A stretch of 64,000 nucleotides of DNA, from contig BAAIJX010000005.1 in assembly GCA_054600435.1 (NCBI GenBank), positions 248,001-312,000 on the forward strand, read 5' to 3'. Made by a program: the position numbers and the translations under genes. Every line of letters starts with the position of its first letter. The first letter of the stretch is position 1. Of the stretch, positions 13,119-25,120 are shown one piece after another. The notes beneath the pieces are model-generated. The model was not told where the DNA came from, searched no databases, and saw only the letters and a list, made by a program, of their open reading frames with translations. This DNA is from Neophaeotheca triangularis. Lineage: Eukaryota.

Positions 13119-13697
13119 ATGGCCAATGAGAATCAAGCAGACGTCGAGCGACTACGGAAGCAAGCGACGGTCTACGATGCGGTTGCCGGACGCGTTGGGT
13201 ACGAGGGCTTCCTAGGAGTCCCAGAATCAGCAGCAACCCGCGACACGAGCACGACCTCTCTCGCAGCGGTACCTCCGGAAGAAGTCCTATTCCGCCGCAA
13301 GGATGCGCCAGTACGCTTCGCAGAAGACGACATCTACGCTGCGGACCGCCACTTGAAGCCAAAGCAGAAACTCCCACAATCCGATCTGCTAAAGACTGTT
13401 CATGCCTACGTTGCCGATTTCTACTCGCAGTCCGCTCTGCCAGGCCATCATCATAGCCTGAAGAGTATGGACGAGACAGCCCTGCTTGCCATGGGAATCT
13501 TGCTTGAGGAGGCAGCGTCAGAGGCGCTCGGTGAGACCGGCGACCTCGCTTTTGTCGAGCCAGTTAATGGTGATGCGAGGCAAGCTTTGCCGAAAAGTGT
13601 GGTTGATCCGCCTCGCATGAGTAACAGGAGGTCGACAACAGGTACCTCCAGGTCACGCGCGACAACCAGAAGTGTTTCCCGCCAGCGCTCGCGGTAG
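13119..13697 (+). CDS. RRN10: RNA polymerase I upstream activation factor subunit Rrn10-like protein
   Basis: Ordered motifs VYDAVAG, PPEEVLF, LPQSDLLKTVHAYVADFY, SMDETALLAMGILLEE resemble the conserved blocks of yeast Rrn10 as I recall them. Confidence 0.7.
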   Translation: MANENQADVERLRKQATVYDAVAGRVGYEGFLGVPESAATRDTSTTSLAAVPPEEVLFRRKDAPVRFAEDDIYAADRHLKPKQKLPQSDLLKTVHAYVADFYSQSALPGHHHSLKSMDETALLAMGILLEEAASEALGETGDLAFVEPVNGDARQALPKSVVDPPRMSNRRSTTGTSRSRATTRSVSRQRSR

Positions 13698-14085
13698 TAA
13701 ACTAGCAAGCATCTCCTCTCCCGAGGACCTCAATCATGGGACTGACCCGGGCTGGCTGCGGCCAAAGTGCTCCTCAACGCATTCGATTCCAGCCACCAGG
13801 CTCGCCAGGCGTCGAGAGCCGAGTAATGATCGCAATGACTGCATGCAAGGCCATTCCAGTCAGAATGTCATCTACATTCGCAGATATTGCATGCCATCTT
13901 GGCTACGTAAGGCAATATTGGCATCTCATAAGTGGCTGCAAGGCTAGCAACTTGCTGTCAATAGTGCGAGAAGTAAGCGGCACGTCAACGGACGGTATTC
14001 GTCCCCGGTCTGACAGAGAACGATGTATTTGATACTATACTGCCCACAAAACTATCCCGATGCTCCGACTCAAGCACAGATCCAT

Positions 14086-15165
14086 CTACCCCTGGAAGAT
14101 AGTATCAGCAACTACAGCCCGGTGATCACTGCTGAACACGCCAGCGTCGAACACGTTTGGCAGGACCGCATATCCCTCCACGGACCATCCTCCTTCATGC
14201 GATCCCGCTGAACCATTAGATCTTCCGTGAGCGCTCAGCCAAACGAAGTCAATGCGACCGTCACTGGCGTCTTCCTCGCCTAAATCGCCATCCGGCTGGA
14301 AACTCGTATAGGTGACCTCGTGACCGTAACGGCTCCCTTCCTCAACCTCATCATAAGAATCTACAACCTTGCCGCTCGAAGCCATAGTCTCGTAAGCACC
14401 GTCCGATGGCGGCGAGTTGAAATCTCCAGCGATGAAGAAGTCCAACGGATCGTTCCCCCCCGGCGCAGCCCACTCGTGACGCACCCGGTTGACAGCCTCC
14501 AAGATCACGCCAACGCTATTGACACGAGCCTCGCTGCCGACATGGTCAAAGTGCGTGGAGCAGCCGAGGATTCGTCGCCTGGTGGCCCGATGCTCGAAGA
14601 CACCGATTGTGAGGATACGGATGTTGGCTGCGTCCCAACCGATGCTCGGCTCTGAGGGCGTCGGGCTGAGCCACACGGGTTCGAAGTGGAGGAGTTTGAA
14701 AGTGTTCGTAGGATACAGAATTGGGCTGTACTCGCCTTCGGTGTCGCCGTCGTCGCGGCCGACACCGATGTGCGACCAGATGGGGCCGGAGGGGAGATCG
14801 TTTGGGGAGCTAAAATTGGAGGAATTGTCCGATAGGTCATTCAGACCTATCAAGAGGTCTTCGAGCTGTTCGTTCAGGACTTCTTGTAGGCAGAGGAAGC
14901 TGGAAGCCATGCCAGCTGTGGACGATCTGCTGAGGTATCGGGTCTGGTATTGCAAGTCGCTTAGCACGAGTGGATAGCGCTCGCTCCAGGGTGCTTCGCC
15001 GGTGGAGGGCGGCGATGCCGCATAGCGAATGTTCCAGGAAATAATGCGGAGCGGAAGGTTTGCAACACCGCCCGGGCTCGAAGTTTGCTGGGCAACGCTC
15101 GAGCAGAGTGCGGTGACTGCGAGGAGTGGTGCCTGAAGCAGAGCGGACCCGATTGTGCCTCTCAT
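14086..15165 (-). CDS. Endonuclease/exonuclease/phosphatase (EEP) family protein with probable signal peptide
   Basis: Catalytic motifs SWNIRY, LCLQEV, THFDH, GDFNS, RIDFVW, SDHRAV. Hydrophobic N-terminus MRGTIGSALLQAPLLAVTALC. Confidence 0.9.
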   Translation of the reverse strand: MRGTIGSALLQAPLLAVTALCSSVAQQTSSPGGVANLPLRIISWNIRYAASPPSTGEAPWSERYPLVLSDLQYQTRYLSRSSTAGMASSFLCLQEVLNEQLEDLLIGLNDLSDNSSNFSSPNDLPSGPIWSHIGVGRDDGDTEGEYSPILYPTNTFKLLHFEPVWLSPTPSEPSIGWDAANIRILTIGVFEHRATRRRILGCSTHFDHVGSEARVNSVGVILEAVNRVRHEWAAPGGNDPLDFFIAGDFNSPPSDGAYETMASSGKVVDSYDEVEEGSRYGHEVTYTSFQPDGDLGEEDASDGRIDFVWLSAHGRSNGSAGSHEGGWSVEGYAVLPNVFDAGVFSSDHRAVVADTIFQG

Positions 15166-16092
15166 TTTGATCAAAGCGAAGTGCTACGAACCTGGTACTG
15201 GGACTACAAACCGCAGAGCTTTTATACACCACGCTCGCTCCGTATAATGTGCGACTAGCCTCTTCCTAGTCTCGAGGGCTCTCTACTTTGTCTCACATGG
15301 CATCTGCCATGGTAGACCATGCTGCGAGTTGAAAACGCTCACCCGCGAATCGGCCAGCGAAATGTGCTGCATGCCCTGTTGAGAGTATACCATACGTTGC
15401 TGTTGATGTCGATCTGTCTAGCGAGACGACCACGTGGGATGTCGAGTGGTTTTGCGCTGTCACGCTTGAGCGAACTAGCACCTGCGCGAGCGGCCAAGAC
15501 AACGATCCTTATGTCGCTGTTAATTGTTATCCTTAGGTCAAGTACAGCACAGGAAGACCAAACCTTGCTAGAAAGTATTTATCGTGGGACGCAACGGGTC
15601 AAACTCGCGAACAAAAACAACTATTTGAGCGCATTTATCATTGGTCTTGTGGACTCAAGAGCATTTTGTTTACGTGATGTCTCCACCAACCAACCCAACC
15701 CATTTCCACCTGCGTTCCTGAGGTTGTCCCAGACGCTGCGCAGTGAGTGAGACTCTCGCAATTGCGCCATAGAATGGGGTATCGCACTGCTCTCGGCACG
15801 ACCAACGCCTTCGCCTACCACGTGCGCTGCCATCCTTCGAGCCCGGGCAGTAGAGTCGGTCGCCTGCTAGGTATTCGTCGGGGTTCTGCGCATTGCCGTC
15901 CGCTACAGCGCCCTATATCTTTGTCGAGCAAAGCAACGCAACGCAACCCCAAGCCATGCATCGAGTAGTCCAAAGAGAGCGTCAACGCCCCTTTGGTGAT
16001 TTCCCCATCTCAGCTCCCGCAGACATATCTCACGCCCACCCCAAGCAACCCATCGGCGCAGCGTAGAGGAACGGGAGATCCACGCCCACTCA

Positions 16093-16110
16093 AAAAAAAA
16101 AAAAAAAAAA
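16093..16110. repeat. Poly(A)18 homopolymer (poly-U in the TRM112 3' UTR)
   Basis: Direct reading. Confidence 0.9.
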
Positions 16111-16136
16111 CTTTCACCGGCACCAAAGATGGAAAA

Positions 16137-16605
16137 TCAAACAAGATGGCTCGGCAGCAAGAAATTCGCAATCCCCTCCTTGACGGCATACTCGTGCCCG
16201 CAATTGCCACACACCAACTTGCCAGCCGCGATGCTCGTTTCCACAAGCAGCGCATGCAAGTCTTTGCCCGTCTGGCTGGGCTGGCCGTCGTGCGTAGTCA
16301 GAGCCTCCGGGTCCGGGACTTGGGCCGGTAGGTTGGGGAGTCCGAGCTGCGTGGGTGTGAGAGAACGTTAGTTGGTGTGAACGAGCTAGTCTTTCGTCGT
16401 TATGGGAGGATAGAACTACCTCGGAAGCAAGGCCTTTCATGGCTTCCCAGTCGAGTCTTGGCAGGATGTTGGTCATGAAGGGCGTGTTGAGTTCGATTTC
16501 CACTTGCTCCAGCTCGGCTTCTTTGGGGTGCAATGGGAAAGCTGCTGCGTTTGTTTTGCAAGCCTTGCGGGCGCAAGTGAGGAAGTTGAGAGTTAGGAGC
16601 TTCAT
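16137..16605 (-). CDS. TRM112: Methyltransferase activator Trm112 (one intron ~16347-16417)
   Basis: MKLLTLNFLTCARKACK..AFPLHPK..., ILPRLDWEA. After splicing: LHALLVETSIAAGKLVCGNCGHEYAVKEGIANFLLPSHLV*. Confidence 0.95.
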
Positions 16606-17381
16606 TGCCGCGGTCGGGGTTCGGGTTTGGTGGATAGGTTTATCTATTGTGTATTCTTGATCGCCTTTTATTTCTGAAGATCAGGCTTGAGTCAAGTCTA
16701 GTGAGCTTTTTAGTACATGAATGCGGGTTTTCAAGAAAGTAGGTGGTACAGATTGGCGGCGCAGGGTTAGGGTTTGAGTTATGCCAAACTCGAAAAGACT
16801 CTCGTAAATATACGGTGAAATACGACATTTGTGTATGCTAAGCTAGCTAAGATCTGCTCCTCGCCTGCGTGATTAGGTGAAGACCACAGTGGGCTGCTGA
16901 GGAGGGCGGCCGTATCGTCATTCATGGGCTGAGATTGATGCCACAGACGCCACGGTCCGGCTTGTTGACAGATGCAAGCAGGTAGAGACGACCGTCTCTT
17001 CACCGTGTAATCACCTGGGTTTTACCGACTGCGCCAATGCAATAAAAAGCCAGGCGGAGAGGGTATCTCTCAGCGCCCGTATAGAGCATGTTGGAAGCCA
17101 ACGAGCCACCGAGAGCGATCCCCTGAGCTTCCCTCCTCAGCGCACTTCAACAAGTCCCCAGAAACCCACACGGAAGCTCATGGACCGGGAAGAAAGCGCT
17201 AGAAGCAAGCGCAGCAAACAAGTGGTATCGTTCGAATAATTAGAAAAAAGACAAGCCCGCGTCAAATGTGGAAAAGAACAGGATATTTGTACTTCAGCAA
17301 ATCGCTTCAGCATCCAAGCAAAACAAACGCCTAATGGTATGTCCTCCCAAACATGCAGCGGCGTAAAGTTCGTGTCAATCA

Positions 17382-19534
17382 TCAACTTCTCTTCCTCCTC
17401 TGACCGCCGGCCAACCAAGCCGCAAGCGGAGGAGGGGCCTTGGTGCTCTTGCTCTTGCTAGCCTTGGGGCGCTTCTTCTCCTCGTGGACGGCCTGAACGA
17501 CCGGCGGGAAGACGCCTTGCAGCGGATCGGGCAAGTCGAATGCGCCAGCCATGGGCGGTGGTGGTAGTATGCCGCTGAAATCCGGAACCTGCTCCGGGGA
17601 GGCGGCCTTTTTGTTCTTCTTGTCCTTTTTTGGTTTCTTCACCTTTCCGTCTGCGCCGAAGATGGGGTCATTTCCCAAGTTCAGCCCGCCGAAGGGGTCG
17701 GCAAGTATAGCAGCATCCTGAGCCAGCTTGTCGTTCTTGTCGGGAGCTGGTTCGGGTTCGGGCATCGGCCACATATGCATTGTGATTTCCCAATCGGGCT
17801 GGATCATTGTGTCCCAGACTTGCGGGAGGATAATTTCACCGTCGGGCCCACAGAGGTCGTAGTGACCATCTTGTACATGCAAGCCGATAACGTCGACGTG
17901 CAGAAAGGCCTGTTTGATGAGTCCCTCCATTCCCTTCCAGGTTTTGCAGAGATGCCAGGGGAAGGAAAATTTGCGGCCGACGGCGTCCTTGAACTTGATA
18001 GGAGCTTTGAGCGAGTCCGGAGTCGGCTTGTTCTTCTTCACCTCTTCTTCCAGCTCCTTCCTCTTCTTTTCCACGGCCTCTTGCGCTTTCTTGGCTTCTT
18101 CGAGCTTCTTCTGGTGTTCGGCCTCTGCCTTGGCCGCCTTTTCGCCCGCCTCTTTCTCAGCTTCCTCCCGAGCCTTTTGAGAGGCAGCTGTGAGCTCTGC
18201 TGCTCGCCGCTTGTTTTCCTCCTCCTTTGCCTTGGCCGCAGCAACAGCAGCCGCCTCCGCTTCAGCTTTTGCGATCCAAACTTGTTCTCTTGCCAATCGT
18301 TCCTCTTCCTGCTTCTTCAGCATCTCTTTCAAGGCCTCTATCTCACCCTTGCTCTTCTCAGCCGACTTCTCCTCTTGCTCCTTCAACATGGCCCTCAGCT
18401 CTTCGACCTCTTTCTTTGACTTCTCCGCTGCCTCTTCTTCTTTCTTCGTCGGAGGCGCTGGCGCTGGCGAGGCGGTTTGGGAAGGCGTGTATGGGTAGTT
18501 AATAGGCTGGTATGGCATCATCCCCTGCACCGGGTACCCATGGTACGGCATTCCCTGCGGCATCCCTGGTGGCATTCCTTGCTGCATACCGGGCTGCATA
18601 CCGGGATACATGCCAGGATGCGGGTAGGGGCTCGTGAGCTCATGACCTCCAAATTGCGAGGGTGCGGCGAAGCTTTGAGGTCGGGGAGGACCTGGTGGTC
18701 TTGCAGGCGGACCCATATGGTTGGGCATGTGAGGGTCGCCTTGGAAGTAGCTTGACTGGCCGGCAGTGCTCATTGGGGAGAAAGGGTTGGGTTGTTGACC
18801 GTGCATTCCCATGCCGTGGACGGGCGGCGTGAAGGGATTTGACGAAGGGTAGCCGAAGGGATCATGATGCTGGGTGGGCACAAGAGCTTGCGTCGAGTAT
18901 GGGTCCGGGTAAGCGGGCGCAGAGGCCATGCTAGGAGGATAGCCACCATGAACTTGCTGCACGTGCCTGTAGCCACTCGGCGGATGTGGTGGGTACTGGC
19001 GCGACTGCGGCATGCCATGGTGGCCATATGGGGGGTAGTCATCTTGAGAAGCCACGGTGCTGGTGCTCTCATCCGAGGGCGTTCGTTGAGACTCCCGCCT
19101 TTTGTGATGTGTTGTGTGGTGTCGATGGGAAGAGCGGCCTTGCGGTACCTCCTCCGGCTTCCGGTCTACGCGGCGAGAAGAGTGTCGCCGTGTAGGCGCC
19201 GGTCGCGCCTCCGTCGTGTGGCGCCTCGAGGGCGGATGACGAGAGTGCGAAGCAGAGTCAGACGGCCTGATGCCGTCGTCGAAACCGACGTCTGTCCAAC
19301 CGTCCGAGCCTGCTGAGCTGCTAAAACTCTGGTCCTCACTCTCGGTCGGCGAATGCACTGATGCGCTGCTGGCGGAATTGCTTTCCTTCCCCGGGAGAAC
19401 GTAGACTCGTCCGGAACCTGAGCTGACGGTGTACGTTGTGCTGCTACGACTGAAGAGTCAGCGTGCTTCCTCCGAACCAACAAGCGTAGCCCGTGCAGTC
19501 GAAGTCAGACGGAATATTGTTTCACTTACGGCAT
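17382..19534 (-). CDS. Conserved fungal protein: Ser/Pro-rich N-terminus, coiled coil, ubiquitin-like domain
   Basis: Domain PIKFKDAVGRKFSFPWHLCKTWKGMEGLIKQAFLHVDVIG..GHYDL.GPDGEIILPQVWD.MIQPDWEITMHMWP. The track's start at 19358 is GTG; the frame stays open to a GCTGAC..CAG acceptor (~19450) and a GTAAGT donor at 19529, giving ATG 19534. Confidence 0.8.
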
Positions 19535-21627
19535 CGATGCCACTGTTGATTGTTGCTTTGCACTCGTCTCGGGCCTTACTTTCAGCGTCGAGGAAGACCT
19601 CAAGCGAGGCGACTTGGCTTGTTATACCTGTGTTTCTGACCCCGTATCCAGGGAGGTAGCACGCGCAGCACTTAAAAGCACTTTGACTTTGCTAGCTTCC
19701 AATGCCGTTGCTGGGCCAGGTATTGTCTCTATGTTGTGTTGGTAATGATGCTGCGATTGCTCTACGTCTTCGAGCAACTGGCACTCTATGCGACGAGAAG
19801 GCGACGAGGCCCCTTTCTAATAAGACGAGACGCAATCGGAGTAAGGGGGTGGGAAATGTCGAGACGTTGGATTCGTGCAAGGCGTTTATTGGGCAGGCGG
19901 GGTGGTCGTCAAGGGACAGCGGCTGTCTCCCGTGCTCGATCTGACGCGAACAAGGGCGCTTCCGAGACACTGTGCCGTGAGACGCTTTTCCCTTTTTGGG
20001 TGCGATGAAACCTTGATGTTGATGTTGTATTGTGGTCGGAGATGAGGATTCCAACGCCCTGTCGTCGCTGGCTCTTGTCTATCACAAACGCCGCTGGTCG
20101 GGCGGTGGTGGTGTTGCAATGTGCAATGACGCACAGATGGTGGGCTGTTCACGTTGTCCACGGCGGGGGAGCGACGACCCAGATGGACCGGGGATATGCA
20201 CAGTAGTCGCTCTTCCTCGTCGTCTTTTCAAAAGATTTGTCAGTACAGCAGCAGAAAGAGGAGCGGGCACTGGAGATAGTTATTATTGCAACTCGATGAG
20301 CAAAACAGCAAACGACGCCTTGGCGAAGAAAAGTGCGCCGGCGCAACACGGTCTTCGCCGTCTTTGGTCCGCTGGCCTAATTTGCGGCCTGCAGTAGAGC
20401 TTGCAGGCAACCAATCGACGCCCAAACGAATGAGAATCTGGACTCACCCAGAATCGAGCTGGAGGAGTAATGTACGGCGATGGGTGTCTGTAAAACACGA
20501 CCGCGAAGAGGTCTCGATGCTGCCTGCTGCTGTCTGGCAGAACGGGACGCTGCTTGTTGCGAAGGGCGTGGTGGTATGATGGATGTGCTTCGTTGCCCGG
20601 GAGACTTCAGATGTTGCCAATTCTCCCGCTTCAAGAGTAACTGGTGCAGGGTGGCTGGACAGTGTCTGCAGGGCGATGATACGGCAAAAGGAGACTTTCA
20701 AGAGTAGGCTGCTAATCGGTGTATGCGTGTGTTCTCGTTACTTCAAGGTCCTCGCCGCCGCAATGGTCGTCTCAAGCGTCGTAGTTCAAAGTGTCGAAGT
20801 GTGTGTGGGAACATTGGGGATCGAGCTTTTGAAAGTGCAATGGAAGCTGCTGCTGTGGAACACGAGTCTCGGTCCGGCATGTAAGCTGGCGAGGTGGTAC
20901 AACAGAATCACAAATTGGGTTCCGTGAGCATGGAAATGGTGCTGAATGTTATACTGAGCATGGGAAAGGGACGCGTTGCGCGACTTTGAGGAGCTTTGTC
21001 GCCTACTTATGGAAAGATGGTCACTTTGGGCTTCAGCGATTTCTTCGTTACTAGAGTCATCCCGGCTTCATTACGACTTGTACTAGGAGTCACCATGCTC
21101 GGTGGGCAGTACCAGCTGTTCTCGAGCAGAGCCCACATGGTTATGCTTGCCATGAATTGGGCTGCAGCGAGTCTAGCTGAGAAGCATGCCACGTCTGATG
21201 CCCAAGGCCCCGCTAAAACCTGGCGTCGCAGCGTGTGGTGTGCAGATGTCGCTACTAATCGGCAAATCGCCGTAGAAATATCATTGGGCTTCATTGGACA
21301 GCTTGAAAGGTACAGAAAGGAAATCACTTCTTAACCGAGAGGAGCCTCATGGAGCGGTCCGTTCGAATATCTGCGCGGTTCGCGTGACATCTTGCAGCCT
21401 AACCGCTGGCAGCATGACGGGCTGATTTTGCCTGTGAGGATTGTCAATCGGGACCACACCAGTCGGCTAGGTCAAGGTCAAATTTGCTGCACTTGCTAAG
21501 CATGGCTCCTGGTCGAGTAATGCGTTCCATGGCAAGGTAGGTAGTCGCTGCTGTCCGAACCCACGCACGTGGACAATGCCGATACGGTCAATGCGGCTGG
21601 TACCAGTCCGTCAACTAGATTTCTACA

Positions 21628-23024
21628 TCAGGGGATGTGTACGTCTAGCATGTCGAGATCCGTTATCTCGGTGTTGGATATTTGGTCGGAGGGCTCGAGC
21701 TTTTCACCGTCAAACTCCAGCCATACGTTGGATACGTCGCCGAGCTCCCAATTATTGCTGCAGGCCATGATAATCTTGGATATGGCTGTTGACTGGAACA
21801 TATTAATATCCGGCTGGCCTGTAAAATCAGCGCCCGGAGCGTGCAGCAGTGACTCACATCCTTGACTTTCAGCTTGAAGTCTTCCTTGCCCTTCGCTTTG
21901 AGGATGATCCGAACGTATTGTTTTTCTCCGCCCGTCTTCTTCGACTCTGCCCCGGGTTCAGTTTGCTCTCCGGGCTCTTCAAGGTCACCGGCTCGCTTCT
22001 TACGAGCCTCTTCCGCCGAAGCTTGGGCCAGATAATCATTCGTCATGGCCTCGAGATGCACTTTGTCGACGCCTTCTTTCCCTTCGTCGCCCTTCAGGTA
22101 TACCTGCCCGCTGTCGTTGATCCCCAACCCCAAGCTCTTGCACGTCGTGACGTCCCATAGCCGTCGTAGGCGGTGCGTGAGAAACACGTCTTTGGCGAAT
22201 TCTGCACTGAAGCCTTGCTTATCGCACCAGACGGTTCGTATCTCCTTCAAACGCTGCGTATATCGACGGTGGACCATCAAAGGCTTCGTACCCGGTATTC
22301 TCGAAGTGATCAGAATCGTGATGATGGGGTCCGGAGGTGGTTCGCCTGCAGCCGGCGACTGCGCTGTGCCAACGTCGGGTGTGGCAGACTTTGCTGTACC
22401 CAATTGTTGCTGCCGGTGTCGTTCTCGCGCTTGTCTTGCGAGAGCTGCAAATTCCTCGTCCGACTCCTCGTCCTCTGGTTCCGCGGGTGCAGGCACTGAC
22501 GCAGACGCAGTCCCACCTGGGGCGGCTTGGTCGTCGTCGGAATCGTCAAGCTCGACAACGGGCGGTTGAGGCTGTCCTTCCATTACACTGCGCTGAGTCG
22601 AGCGATTTGGGACCTTCTCGGCTTTGGAAGAACTTCGCAAGCCGCTCTTCATTTGCTTATTGGCGCCTTCCTGATCGCTATTATCGCTGTCGGCCTTTCC
22701 AGCTGGAAACGGAGGCAGGCCAATCTCACTAAGAAGTGCCGCGCCGTCTCCAGCATTGAACCGTCGCTTCTTGTGGTCGAAGTCATCCTCGCTGTCGCTC
22801 TTGTCTTTGTGCTTCCCTGGTGCCTTGCGTTCCTGCTTCAATTTCTGCCTGTCTGTCTTCGCCTGATGCCGCTCGAGTCTTTCTCTGCGCTGGCGCTCTT
22901 GATCCTCGACAATTTTCTGGTATGAGCGATCCGAGTGCCTGAAAATGTCGCCCGTCTCCTCGACCTCGTCGTCCGAGTCCACAGTGCTATCCTTTGCCCA
23001 AGCCGGGCGATCGAAGAGTCCCAT
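21628..23024 (-). CDS. Tandem SUMO-like domain protein, Rad60/Esc2 family (intron ~21793-21857)
   Basis: PIITILITSRIPGTKPLMVHR..Q.L..IR..WC, VFLT..RRLWDVTTCKSLG, VRIILKAKG. Spliced tail WLEFDGEKLEPSDQISNTEITDLDMLDVHIP*. Confidence 0.85.
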
Positions 23025-23346
23025 GTCTGCGGTAAAACGTCCCTGGTGTGCGAGGAGGTCGTAGGTCGGGAGAGACTGTCACGGTATGCCTGAAGGGCCT
23101 CCACGGCTCGCGGGTGAGTGCCGTGAGGTATTTAGGTAGGTAGAGTGTATCGAGAGTAAACACCGCGAATCGCATATATTCGCGGGGCTGCTAAGGTGGT
23201 CTGTGCGGACAACGCGCTTTCACGTGAAGAACAGCCTGCACCCCAAATTGGACCGACTTCACTCTCCACGTCGATGCTAGACCATCCCACATCATTCTCA
23301 GACTCTGAAACAATCATTTGCAATATATCAGTCCACTACAAGCATC

Positions 23347-23761
23347 ATGAGCGCAACGCCACAGCCTGAGGAGGAGGTCCAGCAACCTGCGGCGGAAGGA
23401 AACGACCCCAACGACTTTCTCATCGCCATGTACGGCACCAATGTCACCATTCGCCTCAACTCTGGAACGGTGTTCAAAGGTACTGCCTCTGCCACCAGCC
23501 TGGCCTCCAAAGCCATTGAAGTTTACGTACCGTGAAGAGCTGATACTGACTGTGTCTCCTGTCAAGGCCTGCTGCAATCATACGACGGCTATCTGAACGT
23601 CGCTCTCGAGCAGGCCACCGAGTGGAGCAATGGGGTGTTGAAACGAAAATACGGTGATGCTTTTGTTCGTGGCAACAACGGTCAGTACTACGACTACTGG
23701 GGAAGATGTCCCTTGGCTTAATATTTTTGCAGTCACGTACATCTCCGCAGACGACCTATGA
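23347..23761 (+). CDS. LSM6: U6 snRNA-associated Sm-like protein Lsm6 (2 introns)
   Basis: Spliced: DPNDFLIAMYGTNVTIRLNSGTVFKGLLQSYDGYLNVALEQATEWSNGVLKRKYGDAFVRGNNVTYISADDL*. Confidence 0.92.
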
Positions 23762-23970
23762 ACGAAGTAACCACGATTCCACTTCACCGCGATACACGGT
23801 GATGCAAATGCCGGACACGACTCGCTACACAAGCAAGACATGCCACCCGCCGCTGGAGAAGTATCGGTGGCAGGATGTTGCAGCAACTGCTTTGTGCTAT
23901 GCTATACCGTGAGGCCTCCTGGGTTACTTCATAATCAACAACCCGCATATTTACCATCCGTCCAGCATGT

Positions 23971-25120
23971 TCACGCCTTCGAACCAGGCATGTCGACTTC
24001 ATTGAGGCCCTCACGACCTTCAGCGGGCACTTTACTAGTCCAGGCAGCCAGTGTAAATCCATGCAGAGCAATTTCACCCTTCTCATTCGTCTCAACGTCG
24101 GAAGAGTGGACGGCATCCATAAATGTCTGCTTCGTCCGCTGTGTAGCATGCGAGTGTCAGCCGAACCAGGCCTCTTCAAGCAACGACTTTCACAGAAACA
24201 TCAACTTACCGCTCTCTCTTCGCCTTGTGTGACGGAGATGTGGCTGAGTGTGTTGTATCTCTCCCAAAGCCTCTCCCTTTCCAGCCACACCTCCCATTCC
24301 TCGTGATGCTCTGCAATTGGCAACGCAAATAGAGGGTCGGCAGCGACCAGCAAGCTCATCGGAGTCGACTTGATCTGGTCGTCAAAGACTTGCCGCCATT
24401 GCTCGTGGCGAAAGCGTGGCTCCTTGTCGTTGAAAGTCCAAGTGAGATTCTGCACCTTTGACTCCCAAGCCGAGCGAGCTTTATGGGATTGAGGGGCGTT
24501 GTAGTCTTCCACATTCCCTACCGAGGCAAGCAGACGTAAGCAAAAAACAAAGCAACAGAGATTGACGCGAGAAGCCTACATATCATTCCCATAACACCGT
24601 GACGTCTGAGAACCCGATGCACTTCATGGAGAGTATCTTGATTGGCGAACCAGTGGAAAGCCTAACGTATGTGATACTTAGCCTTTGACTTCGCTCTTGT
24701 ACTCGACAGCGGCACGGAGCTAGGATTTGGAAACCAGCCAAAAAGCCTACCTACCTGAGCAGCAATCACACAATCAACACTCGCCTCCTCCAGAGGCATG
24801 GCGTCAGCCTTTCCACTCAGCACAGTGACTCGCGGCAACTGCTTCGCAGCCAGCACATCGCGCATTCCATGGTGCGGCTCGACGGCAATAATCTCAAACT
24901 CCTCGTCCCGCTTCGCAAGCAGCTCAGTGAACTTGCCCGTCCCGGCTGCGAGATCTACAATCTTCGCGCCCTTTTTCCCGGCGACTCTGCAGCCCGAAAG
25001 CAGCTCCTCGACCGACGCTGCCGGGTAAGAAGGGCGATGCTTGTCGTAGTCAGAGCTCGCGGCGAAGCCTTGGGCAGCGCGCACGTTGATGCCGCCGTGT
25101 TCTGACGAGTCCGTCGCCAT
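23971..25120 (-). CDS. Class I SAM-dependent methyltransferase (multi-exon)
   Basis: AAQGF..YDKHRPSYP, IVDLAAGTGKFTELL, AVEPH..MR, SVDCVIAAQ|AFHWFA, PRFRHEQWRQVF, LWERYNTLSHIS. Confidence 0.9.

Noticed and set aside
13745..13800. TTCGATTCC...ACCA resembling a tRNA T-arm and 3' end
   Set aside because: Spacing too short, and no acceptor, D or anticodon stems can be formed.
16762..16775. AGGGTTAGGGTTT telomere-like/Tbf1-like word upstream of TRM112
   Set aside because: Under two full units; compatible with chance.
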